A stretch of DNA of 64,000 nucleotides from Erysipelotrichales bacterium. Lineage in GTDB: Bacteria; Bacillota_I; Bacilli_A; RFN20; CAG-826. The stretch is taken from contig JAFLUZ010000002.1 of assembly GCA_022508535.1 (NCBI GenBank), positions 63,379 through 127,378 on the forward strand, in the 5' to 3' direction. Shown in pieces: positions 1 through 9,507 of this stretch; position 1 is the first letter of the stretch, and the number at the start of each line of letters is the position of its first letter. The notes beneath the pieces were generated by a model. That model was not told the DNA's origin. It ran no database searches and was given only the letters and a program-made list of their open reading frames with translations. A program made the translations under genes and the position numbers.

Positions 1-648
1 GTCCATTATGAAACATCTCAACTAATTGTTCATCTTGAATACTATTCCAAGGTTTTCCATCGTTTTCAACATGTGATGCATCAGTTTTGTTATTAATATT
101 AGAAATTTCATCAATATGGTCCATGATATATTTTTGAGCGTTCATATTATAAAGCACTATAGGATAATTCTTATCTTTACGCATACGAATTTCAGAAGTG
201 AGCCCATATTCCAATCCTTTTTCTGTAGGAATTTTATATTCTTGTTCATCAGGCATAGTATGAAATGTTAGTAAATTTTCCTTCAATAACCATTCAGTTA
301 CACTACTGACTTTTAACTTACTAATCTCATCTTGATTAATAAGTTCATTGATCTTAGACACGACTTTACTTATTGGTATAGATTCCTTTTCGAAATCGTA
401 TCTATTCAATTGTTCTATTGTAATTGAAAAAGGTTCTTTTTTACCTTTTTTCGAAGTCCCATTTAAATCTTTTAAGTAATCACAAACATTTTGTAAAACA
501 TCTGAAACATAAAACATACAGCGCGCGATCTTTATATTGTTAAGTAAATCATCATCTGGAATAAACGAATCATCAAGCGGATTAATTCCATTAGCCAATT
601 TATCAATAAATTCTTTAGTTTGTTCTATTTTTTCTAATTCAAGCATGA
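1..648 (-). CDS. hypothetical protein, partial (ATG at 646-648; C-terminus runs past the window start)
   Basis: Open reading frame on the minus strand translating MLELEKIEQTKEFIDKLANG.... It is absent from the ORF track because it is truncated. I found no recognisable motif. Confidence 0.4.
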
Positions 649-820
649 TTTTATTTCCTTTCTTCAAAACATTTTTCTATCTTATATTACAATGCAATTA
701 TATTATATTTTTATAGTAAAATCAGCATTTCATATATAAAGACATCCTAAATTTATCTAGAATGCCCACTTAAAAATACTTACTATATCCAATTTATTGT
801 CAAAACACATAAAAATAAAT

Positions 821-1345
821 TTAATTAACTTTTTTTATAATGTAAAATTTATTCATATTGTCATCATATAATCCAATCACTTTTTTATTATTAAAATCTT
901 CGCATTTAAATTTTGACATAGGAAGACTGGAAAAATAAGGGTTAGTATCTACATTTCTAGTAGTCCCGTTATCATTAATCACCACTGTATAATATACTGA
1001 TCCCCTGTACATATAAGAAGTTAAAACTTTATCTAAAACCACTTCATAAGAGCTAAAATTGTGGTAATTTTTTAATAAATACTTTGTTTTACTATAATAG
1101 AATAAGGAAGAAGATAGAAAAACAAGTCCAAAAATCACTATCCAGCCTAACCATACTAATATTCCTAATACGAATAATTCAATATCATTAGCACTTATTA
1201 ATAATGCAATAAAAAAAGTAGCTACTACTATTATCAACCAAATTTTCAAATGTAAAAGCGCTTGATCTTTTCTCCACTTAAATTCTATACTTTCTTTTAT
1301 CTCATCTATGGTAAAATTGTTTTTCATGCCACATCTCCAATGCAA
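821..1345 (-). CDS. hypothetical membrane protein (two predicted TM helices)
   Basis: 174-aa ORF with two long hydrophobic stretches; no conserved motif recognised. Confidence 0.4.
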   Translation of the reverse strand: MHWRCGMKNNFTIDEIKESIEFKWRKDQALLHLKIWLIIVVATFFIALLISANDIELFVLGILVWLGWIVIFGLVFLSSSLFYYSKTKYLLKNYHNFSSYEVVLDKVLTSYMYRGSVYYTVVINDNGTTRNVDTNPYFSSLPMSKFKCEDFNNKKVIGLYDDNMNKFYIIKKVN

Positions 1346-1385
1346 AATTTATTTCATATATGCTCAAATACTTATTTCTAAATAA

Positions 1386-1462
1386 TGGCGCGCCCAGTAA
1401 GATTCGAACTCACGACACTCAGATTCGAAGTCTGATACTCTATCCAGCTGAGCTATGGGCGC
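1386..1462 (-). tRNA. tRNA-Arg, anticodon TCG
   Basis: The reverse complement folds as a cloverleaf: acceptor GCGCCCA/TGGGCGC, anticodon stem TCAGA/TCTGA, loop CTTCGAA, T-loop TTCGAAT, encoded CCA. Confidence 0.75.
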
Positions 1463-1525
1463 ACACTAAAATATTACAACAATGCTATTTCACTTTCAAG
1501 AAATAAAAACAAGCCATTAGGCTTG

Positions 1526-2734
1526 TTAATTATTAGACAAAATCTTTTCTGAATTAAATACTTTTGTAATTACAAATGCACCTAATATTACATATACAAT
1601 ATTCATGCCAATTGTTATTAAGAAGTGTATTGGATTAAACGATAAAGACAGAAGTTCATTTAAGCATTGAATAGAATTATAGGCAGGAATGAAGTATGCT
1701 CCAATACTAGCTGAGGATAAGCCAACCATACTCGTAACACCGAGTAACATAACTACAACCATTACTGCTGAGCAATATCCAGTTGCTTCCTTAACGCTTT
1801 TAGCAATTGACGAGATAAATGATATTATTGCAACAAACAGGAGTTCTGTCACAACTATTACTCCAAATATTGCTAAGTATGTACCTAATCCATAAATAGC
1901 AAGATTAACATCTGCCATTTGCATTAACTTAGGAAGAGAAAGCATTAAACCTACGAAAGACACAGCCGAACTTGCTAAAGCCGCAATTGCAATAGCGATT
2001 ATTTTACCAAGAGCTAGTTCGCTTCTTTTCATTGGAGTGACTAATAATGTTGCAATTGTTCCTCTTTCCTTTTCACCAGCAATAGAGTCAGGAGTTATTG
2101 ACATACTTGCGGTAAACAAGAATGTAATAAGCAAGAACGGTAGCATCGATGTTATAACCATTATTGTTGTTTGCTCTGATGTAGCTAAATCATAATTAAC
2201 ATCGCTAGAAAATCTATTTACATCAAATTTGTTTGTCATACTTGATTCATAACTATCAAACAAAGCAGCGAAATATGAATATGCCTCTTGAGAAGATGTT
2301 TGAACAGAGTTATAAAACATTTCAATATTAGGAGCAAGAGTGTCACTACCACTTACATAAGTACTCATATTTTCATAGAAATTTTCTTCAAATACTATGA
2401 GCAAATCTGCTTCTTGATCTTTTATTTTTTCTTTTGCTTCTTCTATCGTAATACTTTCATTTTCAATATCTATTAATTCCATTTTGAAAAATTCATTTTC
2501 ATATGTCATCATTTGCGATAGAGCTTCACCAGCATCTTTTCTATTTTGCACATAAATTTGATAAGTATAATCATCTGCTGTTGTAAAACTATCGGACATC
2601 ATATCTCCCATAAAAGAATAAAGAAAGAAAATCATTACACCTGGTAAGAAAAGAGATACTAGAATGCGATAATCAGTAAAGAAACGTTTTAATTCTTTTT
2701 TAATAATTGTCCAAATATTACGCATTTTCTTCAC
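1526..2734 (-). CDS. ABC-2 family transporter permease
   Basis: 402 aa with an N-terminal TM helix, a large extracytoplasmic domain and a C-terminal six-TM bundle. Its start overlaps the stop of the ATPase gene at 2718-2734, indicating an operon. Confidence 0.6.
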   Translation of the reverse strand: MKKMRNIWTIIKKELKRFFTDYRILVSLFLPGVMIFFLYSFMGDMMSDSFTTADDYTYQIYVQNRKDAGEALSQMMTYENEFFKMELIDIENESITIEEAKEKIKDQEADLLIVFEENFYENMSTYVSGSDTLAPNIEMFYNSVQTSSQEAYSYFAALFDSYESSMTNKFDVNRFSSDVNYDLATSEQTTIMVITSMLPFLLITFLFTASMSITPDSIAGEKERGTIATLLVTPMKRSELALGKIIAIAIAALASSAVSFVGLMLSLPKLMQMADVNLAIYGLGTYLAIFGVIVVTELLFVAIISFISSIAKSVKEATGYCSAVMVVVMLLGVTSMVGLSSASIGAYFIPAYNSIQCLNELLSLSFNPIHFLITIGMNIVYVILGAFVITKVFNSEKILSNN

Positions 2735-3503
2735 CTACTTTTTCAACATATAAATCAAAGAATACATCTTCTAGATTTTTATCTTTAGTTAATTCATCAA
2801 CTTTTGCAACTTTTGCCATTTCTCCATTTATTATTACTCCAACACGATCACAAATCTTTTCAACAAGTGAGAAAATATGTGTTGAAATAATAATTGTTTT
2901 TCCTTTTTCTTTTAGATGGAGCAAGAAATCAATGACCTTTTTTGCAGTAATTACATCTAAACCATTAGTAGGTTCATCGAAAATAATAATATCTGGATCA
3001 TGAACAATTGAAATCACTAATGATATTTTTTGTTTCATACCAGTAGATAATTCCCCAACCTTTACTTCGGCATATTTATCGATACCAAAATACTCAAATA
3101 GTTCTTTTTTTCTATTAATTCGTGTTTCATTATCTACACCATGTAATTGAGAAAAGAAATCATATAAATAATTTGGAGTAAAATAATTTTCTAATTTTAA
3201 TTCGCTAGTTAAAAAACCAATATCTCTTCGAACTTTCTCTGGCTCATTTGTAATTGAATGGCCATTAATTATAACTTCCCCTTCATCTTTTCTAATTAAA
3301 GTAGACAATATTCTTAATGTTGTAGTTTTACCTGCGCCATTTGGGCCAAGCAAACCAAATACTTCTCCTTTTTCTACTTCAAAAGATAAATTCTTTACTG
3401 CGACTAAAAACTTATCATTTGTCTTATTAATTTTTCTTTGCTTATTAGATAACTTAAAAGTTTTACTAATACTTTTTACTTCAATAGCAGACATAATCAT
3501 CAT
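2718..3503 (-). CDS. ABC transporter ATP-binding protein
   Basis: Walker A GPNGAGKTT, ABC signature LSTGMKQK, Walker B IIIFDEPTNGLD. Confidence 0.85.
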   Translation of the reverse strand: MMIMSAIEVKSISKTFKLSNKQRKINKTNDKFLVAVKNLSFEVEKGEVFGLLGPNGAGKTTTLRILSTLIRKDEGEVIINGHSITNEPEKVRRDIGFLTSELKLENYFTPNYLYDFFSQLHGVDNETRINRKKELFEYFGIDKYAEVKVGELSTGMKQKISLVISIVHDPDIIIFDEPTNGLDVITAKKVIDFLLHLKEKGKTIIISTHIFSLVEKICDRVGVIINGEMAKVAKVDELTKDKNLEDVFFDLYVEKVGEENA

Positions 3504-3571
3504 CTCCTATAAAAGTATATCATAAATGCACCTAATTATAGTATTTTTTTGGATATGATTTTATAAAACAA

Positions 3572-3604
3572 TATAAAAAAACAGAGATACATTTGTATCT
3601 CTGT
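3572..3604 (-). terminator. rho-independent terminator of the lipoprotein gene at 3628-6081
   Basis: Stem acagagata/tatctctgt with a 6-nt loop. On the minus strand it is followed by a T-run (the A-run at 3574-3580 on the plus strand). Confidence 0.6.
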
Positions 3605-3627
3605 AATTCAAATAGATATTTTGTCAA

Positions 3628-6081
3628 TTATTTGATGACTGTTCCAATCCACTCAACAATAATATCGCTATTTACATGTTCTTTATTTTCTTTAAATACT
3701 GGAATTAACAAATCATAATCATATCTAATTTTTTCAAGATATCTAGAGGAAAGTGTTACTGAAGCAGTAATTCCATTTTGTGCTTTAATGTCTTTTGCAA
3801 AATCACTATAATTTGTATATCCGTCATGATCATCTTGAATAAACATCATCGGAATACTGGTCTTATAACAAGTTAATTCTGAATTTTCATATCCATATCG
3901 ATATTGCGTTCTTAGCTCAATATCATATTTTCGACTAGTTCTAACTAACAATTTATTATATGTAGGAGTAAATAAAGATGAGCTGTTATTAATGTATATA
4001 TCATTTGCATTATAGGAGTTATCATTATCTTTTGACTTATCAGTAACTTTAACGCTAGAAATTCCTGAAATAGAATTTAAATTAAACCATAAGGTATGAT
4101 AAGTTCCTGTCATTCCTACAACTGTCTTAGTTTCTTGAACTTTGTAACCAAGCAGTTTTCCTTCGCTAGTTTTATATAATTCATTAATGTATCCATCCAT
4201 TAACTTAATTCCACTAGCTTTATTTCCTATAACTGAAGTATATGTATCATTTATATAGAAATCTGCACAACTCTTAACAACATCACTATCTTTTAAAGAA
4301 ATATATTCATAGATGTGTCCTTGAACAGAATTGTCTACAACATCTCTTGTTAATTGACAATATGCACTTCTTGTTACGTTATTTATTCCATATTCAATAC
4401 CAAATAAATATTCGTTATCTGTTATCAAATAGCGCATAGCATTACTATCTGACAAATTAACTCTAACTGATTTTTCGCTTGTAATAATATTATAAGTCAT
4501 ATCAATTTGAGGAATAACTTCTCCAAATAATGGAATTGTAAATCCAGTTTTTAATTGGATGGTATAAGTCAAAACAAAATTAGAAAAATCAACTTTTGCG
4601 TAGTATCCTGTTTCAGCAATTTCTTTGTTTGTGTCACTAGGATTCTTATCAAACCAGTTATTAAACGCCACTACTGACGCTGAAATCACACTATCGGCAA
4701 GTGTTAAAATTGTATAGAACCTTTCGCTTTCTGCAATGTTATCCATTACCATTTGCCATTGTTCACCAAATCCACCATATTTAATTGAGTTGACATTTGT
4801 AAATGAAGTAAAATCATAATTGACTTCTTCAGCAGTTACGAGATTATCAGCATTTGTAGGCCTCATTGTATTTGGAATGTAAGAATAAGGATCTTGACCG
4901 ATTGCATCAATTAATGCTTTTAAATATTTTTTTATATCTACCTTTTCATTCCATTTGGCATAATATGTTTTATTTTCTGTTAAAGTAATTGGCCATGTGA
5001 CAGCAGTTGTTAATGTGGCATCCGTACACCATGATACAAAGCTATATCCATCTTTTGTAGGCTTTGTAGGTTCATCAATTAATGAGCCATATTCATCCGT
5101 TATTGATGAAACTGCAGTTCCATCATTACTATCAAATGTTATAGTGTATTGTTTCTTTACTTTACTTATAACTGCATAATATGAAGCAGAACTTGTTACC
5201 ATAGGTAAAGTCGGTAATACTTCTCCACCTAAAATTGTTGACCATCCTTCAAAAGTATAATCCCATTCTGCTGTATCGGCTTTGTCATAATTATATGATG
5301 GTACTTCACCATATGTTTTTGTAATATCGCTCAATTTATTTCCTTCTTCATCATAGAATGAAATATTATATTTCTGTTTATTAACAGAGACGATTGCATA
5401 ATAGGAAGCTGGACCAGTAACTACTGGTAAAGATGATAATGCTTCTCCACCTAATGTTTTTGACCATCCTTCAAAATTATAGTCCCATTCTAATGTGTCT
5501 TCTTTGTTATAATTATAAGATGGTATTTCACCATATTCTTTTAATTGATCAGTCAATTTATTTCCTTCTTCATCATAGAAAGAAATATTATATTTTTGCT
5601 TAGTAGAGGAAACAACCGCATAATATGTAGCACTTTTTGTTACTGCAGGAATTGTTATAACTGGTCCATTCAGTGATTCAGACCATCCTTCAAATGTGTA
5701 GTCCCATTCTGCTGTGTCCTCTTTATCATAATTATAATAAGGAATTAAATCCACTTCCCATTCTTTTGCTTCTAACAAATTACCATTTTCATCATTAAAA
5801 GTGATTAAAAAGGTTTCTTTTGATGGTGTCGATGGTGTTGTGGATCCAAGAGAGTTAGAACCAAGAGAACTAGAAGTATCTGGCGCGCTTACTGAACTAG
5901 ATGTCTCCGATTCACTAACCGAATTAGCATGACTTGGTGCATCTACAGAACTCGGCGTATTTATAGAACTAGAGGTTTTCCCCTCACTAACGGAGTTAGA
6001 AAGATCAATACTTTCTTTTGAATCTCCACATCCTACTAACATTAAAGCAACAACGCCAAACAATATACATTTCTTTTTCAT
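3628..6081 (-). CDS. surface lipoprotein with tandem Listeria-Bacteroides (Flg_new-type) repeats
   Basis: Signal peptide plus lipobox (MKKKCILFGVVALMLVGCGD) and an S/T-rich linker. Three to four ~75-aa repeats (YNISFYDEEGNKL...EWDY.FEGWS) and YTITFDSNDGT...GYSFVSWC...YYAKW match the Listeria-Bacteroides repeat pattern. Confidence 0.6.
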   Translation of the reverse strand: MKKKCILFGVVALMLVGCGDSKESIDLSNSVSEGKTSSSINTPSSVDAPSHANSVSESETSSSVSAPDTSSSLGSNSLGSTTPSTPSKETFLITFNDENGNLLEAKEWEVDLIPYYNYDKEDTAEWDYTFEGWSESLNGPVITIPAVTKSATYYAVVSSTKQKYNISFYDEEGNKLTDQLKEYGEIPSYNYNKEDTLEWDYNFEGWSKTLGGEALSSLPVVTGPASYYAIVSVNKQKYNISFYDEEGNKLSDITKTYGEVPSYNYDKADTAEWDYTFEGWSTILGGEVLPTLPMVTSSASYYAVISKVKKQYTITFDSNDGTAVSSITDEYGSLIDEPTKPTKDGYSFVSWCTDATLTTAVTWPITLTENKTYYAKWNEKVDIKKYLKALIDAIGQDPYSYIPNTMRPTNADNLVTAEEVNYDFTSFTNVNSIKYGGFGEQWQMVMDNIAESERFYTILTLADSVISASVVAFNNWFDKNPSDTNKEIAETGYYAKVDFSNFVLTYTIQLKTGFTIPLFGEVIPQIDMTYNIITSEKSVRVNLSDSNAMRYLITDNEYLFGIEYGINNVTRSAYCQLTRDVVDNSVQGHIYEYISLKDSDVVKSCADFYINDTYTSVIGNKASGIKLMDGYINELYKTSEGKLLGYKVQETKTVVGMTGTYHTLWFNLNSISGISSVKVTDKSKDNDNSYNANDIYINNSSSLFTPTYNKLLVRTSRKYDIELRTQYRYGYENSELTCYKTSIPMMFIQDDHDGYTNYSDFAKDIKAQNGITASVTLSSRYLEKIRYDYDLLIPVFKENKEHVNSDIIVEWIGTVIK
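5200..5760. repeat. ~225-237-bp in-frame tandem DNA repeats encoding the Flg_new-like repeats
   Basis: Near-identical segments gaccatccttcaaa..tcccattct..ctgt at ~5238, ~5461 and ~5681. Confidence 0.6.
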
Positions 6082-6096
6082 AATAATACCCTACCC

Positions 6097-7029
6097 TTAA
6101 ATGTAATTTTTCTTATTATATATTAACAAAGGAATAAACGTAAATATTGATAAAGCTGTTGTTATAGTTAACGCTAAGAAAAACACGGCGATACCCACAA
6201 AGAAGCCAATAATCGCAAAAATAAGTTTCATGATAATTAAAAATTTTAATCCATCCCAATCAAGAGTAAAGATAATACCCGGAAATTTAATTGACCATGT
6301 AGCAACATTCGTAAACACTTCACTAATCCATGAATCTGAAAAAATGCAATACAAATCAGCAAGAACACAATATCCAATTATTATAGGAGAACCGATTGTC
6401 CAGCCAAGTCCAATTGTTTCATAATTATTAATGCAAATAACTAATGTAATAACAATTGCAATTATCCCTAAAATGATCGACCAAATAAGTGGCTTTCTAT
6501 CTTTTCTACTTCCAATCCTTTGGAAAATATTTTTTGGTTCTTCTTTTACCTCTTCTTTTGGTTTTAATAACTCTTCTCTTCTTTTCTTTTCGTTTTCTTC
6601 GCGTTTTAAAAAGCAGTCATCACATATTGTTACAATTTCTCTAACTCCAGCATAAGAACGTTTTTCTATGTGGTGTGTTTTATCTCCTTCAAACAACTCT
6701 TTTCCACAATCATTACATGTTCCTATTTTTGTTTTAATTGGTTCACTAATAATGAGTTCTGTTGCAGTCTCGTTCATTGGCTCTTCTTCAACAACTTGAT
6801 TAGTTTCTTCTTTTGATTCTTCGACTACTTCATCTTCTTCACTAAATAAATATTCTATGGAACAATTAAGTATTTTACATAATTCCTTTAAGGTAGAAAA
6901 ATCAGGTTCGTTGATGTCAGTTTCCCATTTACTTACCGTTTGATAAGTTACATTTAGTTTATCAGCTAAATCTTTTTGAGTTAGATTTGCCTCAGTTCTT
7001 AATTTTCTAATTTTCTCTCCAAATGTCAT
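6097..7029 (-). CDS. membrane-anchored XRE-family HTH regulator with a zinc ribbon
   Basis: N-terminal helix-turn-helix (LTQKDLADKLNVTYQTVSKWE), a C-x2-C...C-x2-C zinc ribbon (CNDCGKE...CDDC) and a C-terminal polytopic TM domain. It sits 15 bp upstream of the lipoprotein gene and is probably co-transcribed with it. Confidence 0.55.
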   Translation of the reverse strand: MTFGEKIRKLRTEANLTQKDLADKLNVTYQTVSKWETDINEPDFSTLKELCKILNCSIEYLFSEEDEVVEESKEETNQVVEEEPMNETATELIISEPIKTKIGTCNDCGKELFEGDKTHHIEKRSYAGVREIVTICDDCFLKREENEKKRREELLKPKEEVKEEPKNIFQRIGSRKDRKPLIWSIILGIIAIVITLVICINNYETIGLGWTIGSPIIIGYCVLADLYCIFSDSWISEVFTNVATWSIKFPGIIFTLDWDGLKFLIIMKLIFAIIGFFVGIAVFFLALTITTALSIFTFIPLLIYNKKNYI

Positions 7030-7313
7030 ACGCCTTGCGCTCCTTCCAAATTAGTAATACAACTTTTCGGCGAATTATTCAATAACCGATGTCGCGAGTG
7101 AACTCGCTAAAAAAGCGAATTACTTAAAAATACCGATTATAAGCCATTAAATAGATACTTGCACTCTTGTTTTATAGATGTACTGCACCCAACTGAATCT
7201 TGCTTTATTTTTCAAATATAGCAATAAAATAGCATTAGTTGAGTATCAGTTATCATTCGTATCTAAGCGTTACAAGTATCAAAAAATTTTATTTCTCACA
7301 TTTATAATATTAT

Positions 7314-8468
7314 TTAAATCTCAGTTCCTTCTTCTAGTATTGATATATATTCATCACATTTATATGTAACATATCTTTGCTTAGTTGAAGTTGGGGAAAC
7401 AACACCGACTTCAACTAATTTTTTTATGATACTTGAAGCAGTTGGCTTAGTTATTTTTAATTCATTAATCAAGTCAGAAGAATCAAAATATGGATGCCTA
7501 TAAACATATCTCATAGTGTCAAATAATATTCTTTTATTTTTAAACGTAAGTCCCATTATCTTTTCATTAATACTTTGAATTAACGATGAAATCTTCTCGA
7601 TTGTTTGAATTGAATTATGTGACATTTCAATTATTCCTTTTAAAAAGAATTTAAGCCATTCTTCATACTTCCCCTTAAATCTAACATCCATTAATAATCC
7701 ATAATATTCAGTTCTATTTTGTTTAAAATATAAACTTAAATATAATAATGGATATTGTAAGAAATTATTTTCTTTTAACCACAAAGGAATCATAAGTCTT
7801 CCCAATCTTCCATTTTCATCTAAGAACGGGTGAATAGTTTCAAATTGATAATGGATTAAACCAATTCTAAGTAACGGATCAGTTATTAAATTATCGCTAT
7901 TCATATATAATTCGAGATCGTATAACGCTTCTTCCATCTTATCTACTGATGGTGGAACAAACGTTGCATTTAATAATGTGCATCCATTTGGACCTATCCA
8001 GTTTTGAGAACGTCTAATCTCTCCAGGACTTTTTGTTTCATCTCTAACGCCTTTTAATAATTCCTTATGTATCTGTTTAAAATATCTAACTGAAATTGGC
8101 ATGCTTTCTAAGAGATTAATCCCATAATTTAATGCATGAATATAGCCAACAATTTCTTCGGTTTCATTTCTTTTTTCACTATTTTTCTTATTAAATTGAA
8201 ATACGTCAGATAATGATGCTTGCGTGCCTTCAATTTGGGATGAAACAACAGCTTCTTTTTCAACATATTTCGAAATAAAAATATCTTTATCAGGTAAATT
8301 AACTGCAATGCCATCTAATCTTCCGATTAATTTATTTGCTTCACTTAACAAATTTATCAATTCCTCATCATAATTGATTTTAATTTCAGTTAATGATTTT
8401 GGAACATAACAATCATAATCACTTTGCACATGATATATGGTACCTGCACGATTTGAATACAATCTCAT
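7314..8468 (-). CDS. Fic family protein (putative AMPylase) with a C-terminal winged-HTH
   Basis: Fic motif HPFLDENGRLGR (pattern HxFx(D/E)xNGRxxR, with E replacing the usual second G). Confidence 0.75.
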   Translation of the reverse strand: MRLYSNRAGTIYHVQSDYDCYVPKSLTEIKINYDEELINLLSEANKLIGRLDGIAVNLPDKDIFISKYVEKEAVVSSQIEGTQASLSDVFQFNKKNSEKRNETEEIVGYIHALNYGINLLESMPISVRYFKQIHKELLKGVRDETKSPGEIRRSQNWIGPNGCTLLNATFVPPSVDKMEEALYDLELYMNSDNLITDPLLRIGLIHYQFETIHPFLDENGRLGRLMIPLWLKENNFLQYPLLYLSLYFKQNRTEYYGLLMDVRFKGKYEEWLKFFLKGIIEMSHNSIQTIEKISSLIQSINEKIMGLTFKNKRILFDTMRYVYRHPYFDSSDLINELKITKPTASSIIKKLVEVGVVSPTSTKQRYVTYKCDEYISILEEGTEI

Positions 8469-8755
8469 TTTATCTCATCCTTTACTTGCAAACATTATAC
8501 CATAAAATAAGTAAAATATTCAATTGCAATTTTAACTTAAACGATTTATGCGAATTTTAAATTAAAGTTTGATAAGCTATTTTACATACTTCTAACTCTA
8601 GTTCAAGTTTTTACATTTTTTTCTCATTTCCAACATTCATAAAAAATACATATTCTATGCGCCCAAAAAGAGAAATCCACATGAAATTAACCATTAAAAA
8701 TATAAAAATGCGCAAAAAAATAAAAAACACTGATTGTATCAGTGTTTTGAGTCAA

Positions 8756-8830
8756 TGGCTGGGAAAGCAGGATTCGAACCTGCGATTGCCTGGTTCAGAG
8801 CCAGGTGACTTACCGCTTGTCCATTTCCCA
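8756..8830 (-). tRNA. tRNA-Gln, anticodon CTG
   Basis: The reverse complement is TGGGAAATGGACAAGCGGTAAGTCACCTGGCTCTGAACCAGGCAATCGCAGGTTCGAATCCTGCTTTCCCAGCCA. It has the U1:A72 pair typical of bacterial tRNA-Gln, anticodon stem CCTGG/CCAGG and loop CTCTGAA. Confidence 0.65.
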
Positions 8831-8852
8831 ATTGTTGCTAAATACTCAGCAA

Positions 8853-9506
8853 CTATATTCTAGATTTTTTATAAAATTTTGCAATAACTTTACTATTACC
8901 AATTAAAAATACTGCATCATCTTTTTTGAAACAATATGATGGTCCTGGTATTTCTACTTTATCACCATTTTTAACGCAAATAATATTAATGTTAAATTTG
9001 CTTCTTAAATTTAATTCCGAAAGTGTTTTATTTGTCCATTCCTTAGGAATATGAATTTCTGTAATTTCATATTCATCATTAATTTTAACAAAGTCAATAA
9101 GATTAGATGCATCGCATTTTACTGCCATTTTTTCTGCAATATCTTTTTCAGGATAAACAACTTCTGATGCACCCGCCATGCGCAAGAATTTGCTTTGCAC
9201 ATCACTTGATGCTTTAGAAATAATATATTTTGCACCTAATTCTTTTAATAAAGATGTAATCTCTAAACTAGCTTGGAAGTTTTCTGAAATTGCCACAATA
9301 CAAATATCAAAATTTTTGACACCAAGGTCTAATAAAGTTTGCTCTTGCATACAGTTTCCAATATATGCATTCTCATAAGTATTTGATAATGCATTAATAA
9401 CATCTTTTTTAATGTCGACAATACAAATGTCATTGTTGAGTTCGTGAAGTTTTTTGGCAATATGCTTACCAAATTCTCCCATTCCAATAATTAAAATAGT
9501 TTTCAT
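8853..9506 (-). CDS. ktrA: K+ uptake system, NAD-binding peripheral subunit (KtrA/TrkA-N family)
   Basis: Rossmann fold motif IIGMGEFGKHIAKKL....IVD; 217 aa; directly upstream of the TrkH-family gene. Confidence 0.75.
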   Translation of the reverse strand: MKTILIIGMGEFGKHIAKKLHELNNDICIVDIKKDVINALSNTYENAYIGNCMQEQTLLDLGVKNFDICIVAISENFQASLEITSLLKELGAKYIISKASSDVQSKFLRMAGASEVVYPEKDIAEKMAVKCDASNLIDFVKINDEYEITEIHIPKEWTNKTLSELNLRSKFNINIICVKNGDKVEIPGPSYCFKKDDAVFLIGNSKVIAKFYKKSRI

Positions 9507-9507
9507 A

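Noticed and set aside
1689-3003. Short plus-strand ORFs (1689-1895, 2288-2476, 2707-3003) inside the ABC transporter genes
   Set aside because: They are fully embedded antisense to long, motif-bearing genes. AT-rich antisense frames are often open.
4997-5179. 60-aa ORF antisense within the repeat lipoprotein gene
   Set aside because: Embedded antisense with no start context.
7091-7115. Hairpin gcgagt-ga-actcgc followed by an A-run as a terminator for Fic or the regulator
   Set aside because: An A-run, not a T-run, follows on the plus strand, and on the minus strand the T-run precedes the stem. The orientation does not fit an intrinsic terminator for either strand. I kept it as a possible operator.
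8657-8863. 68-aa plus-strand ORF
   Set aside because: It overlaps tRNA-Gln (8756-8830) on the opposite strand and has no RBS, so it is spurious.
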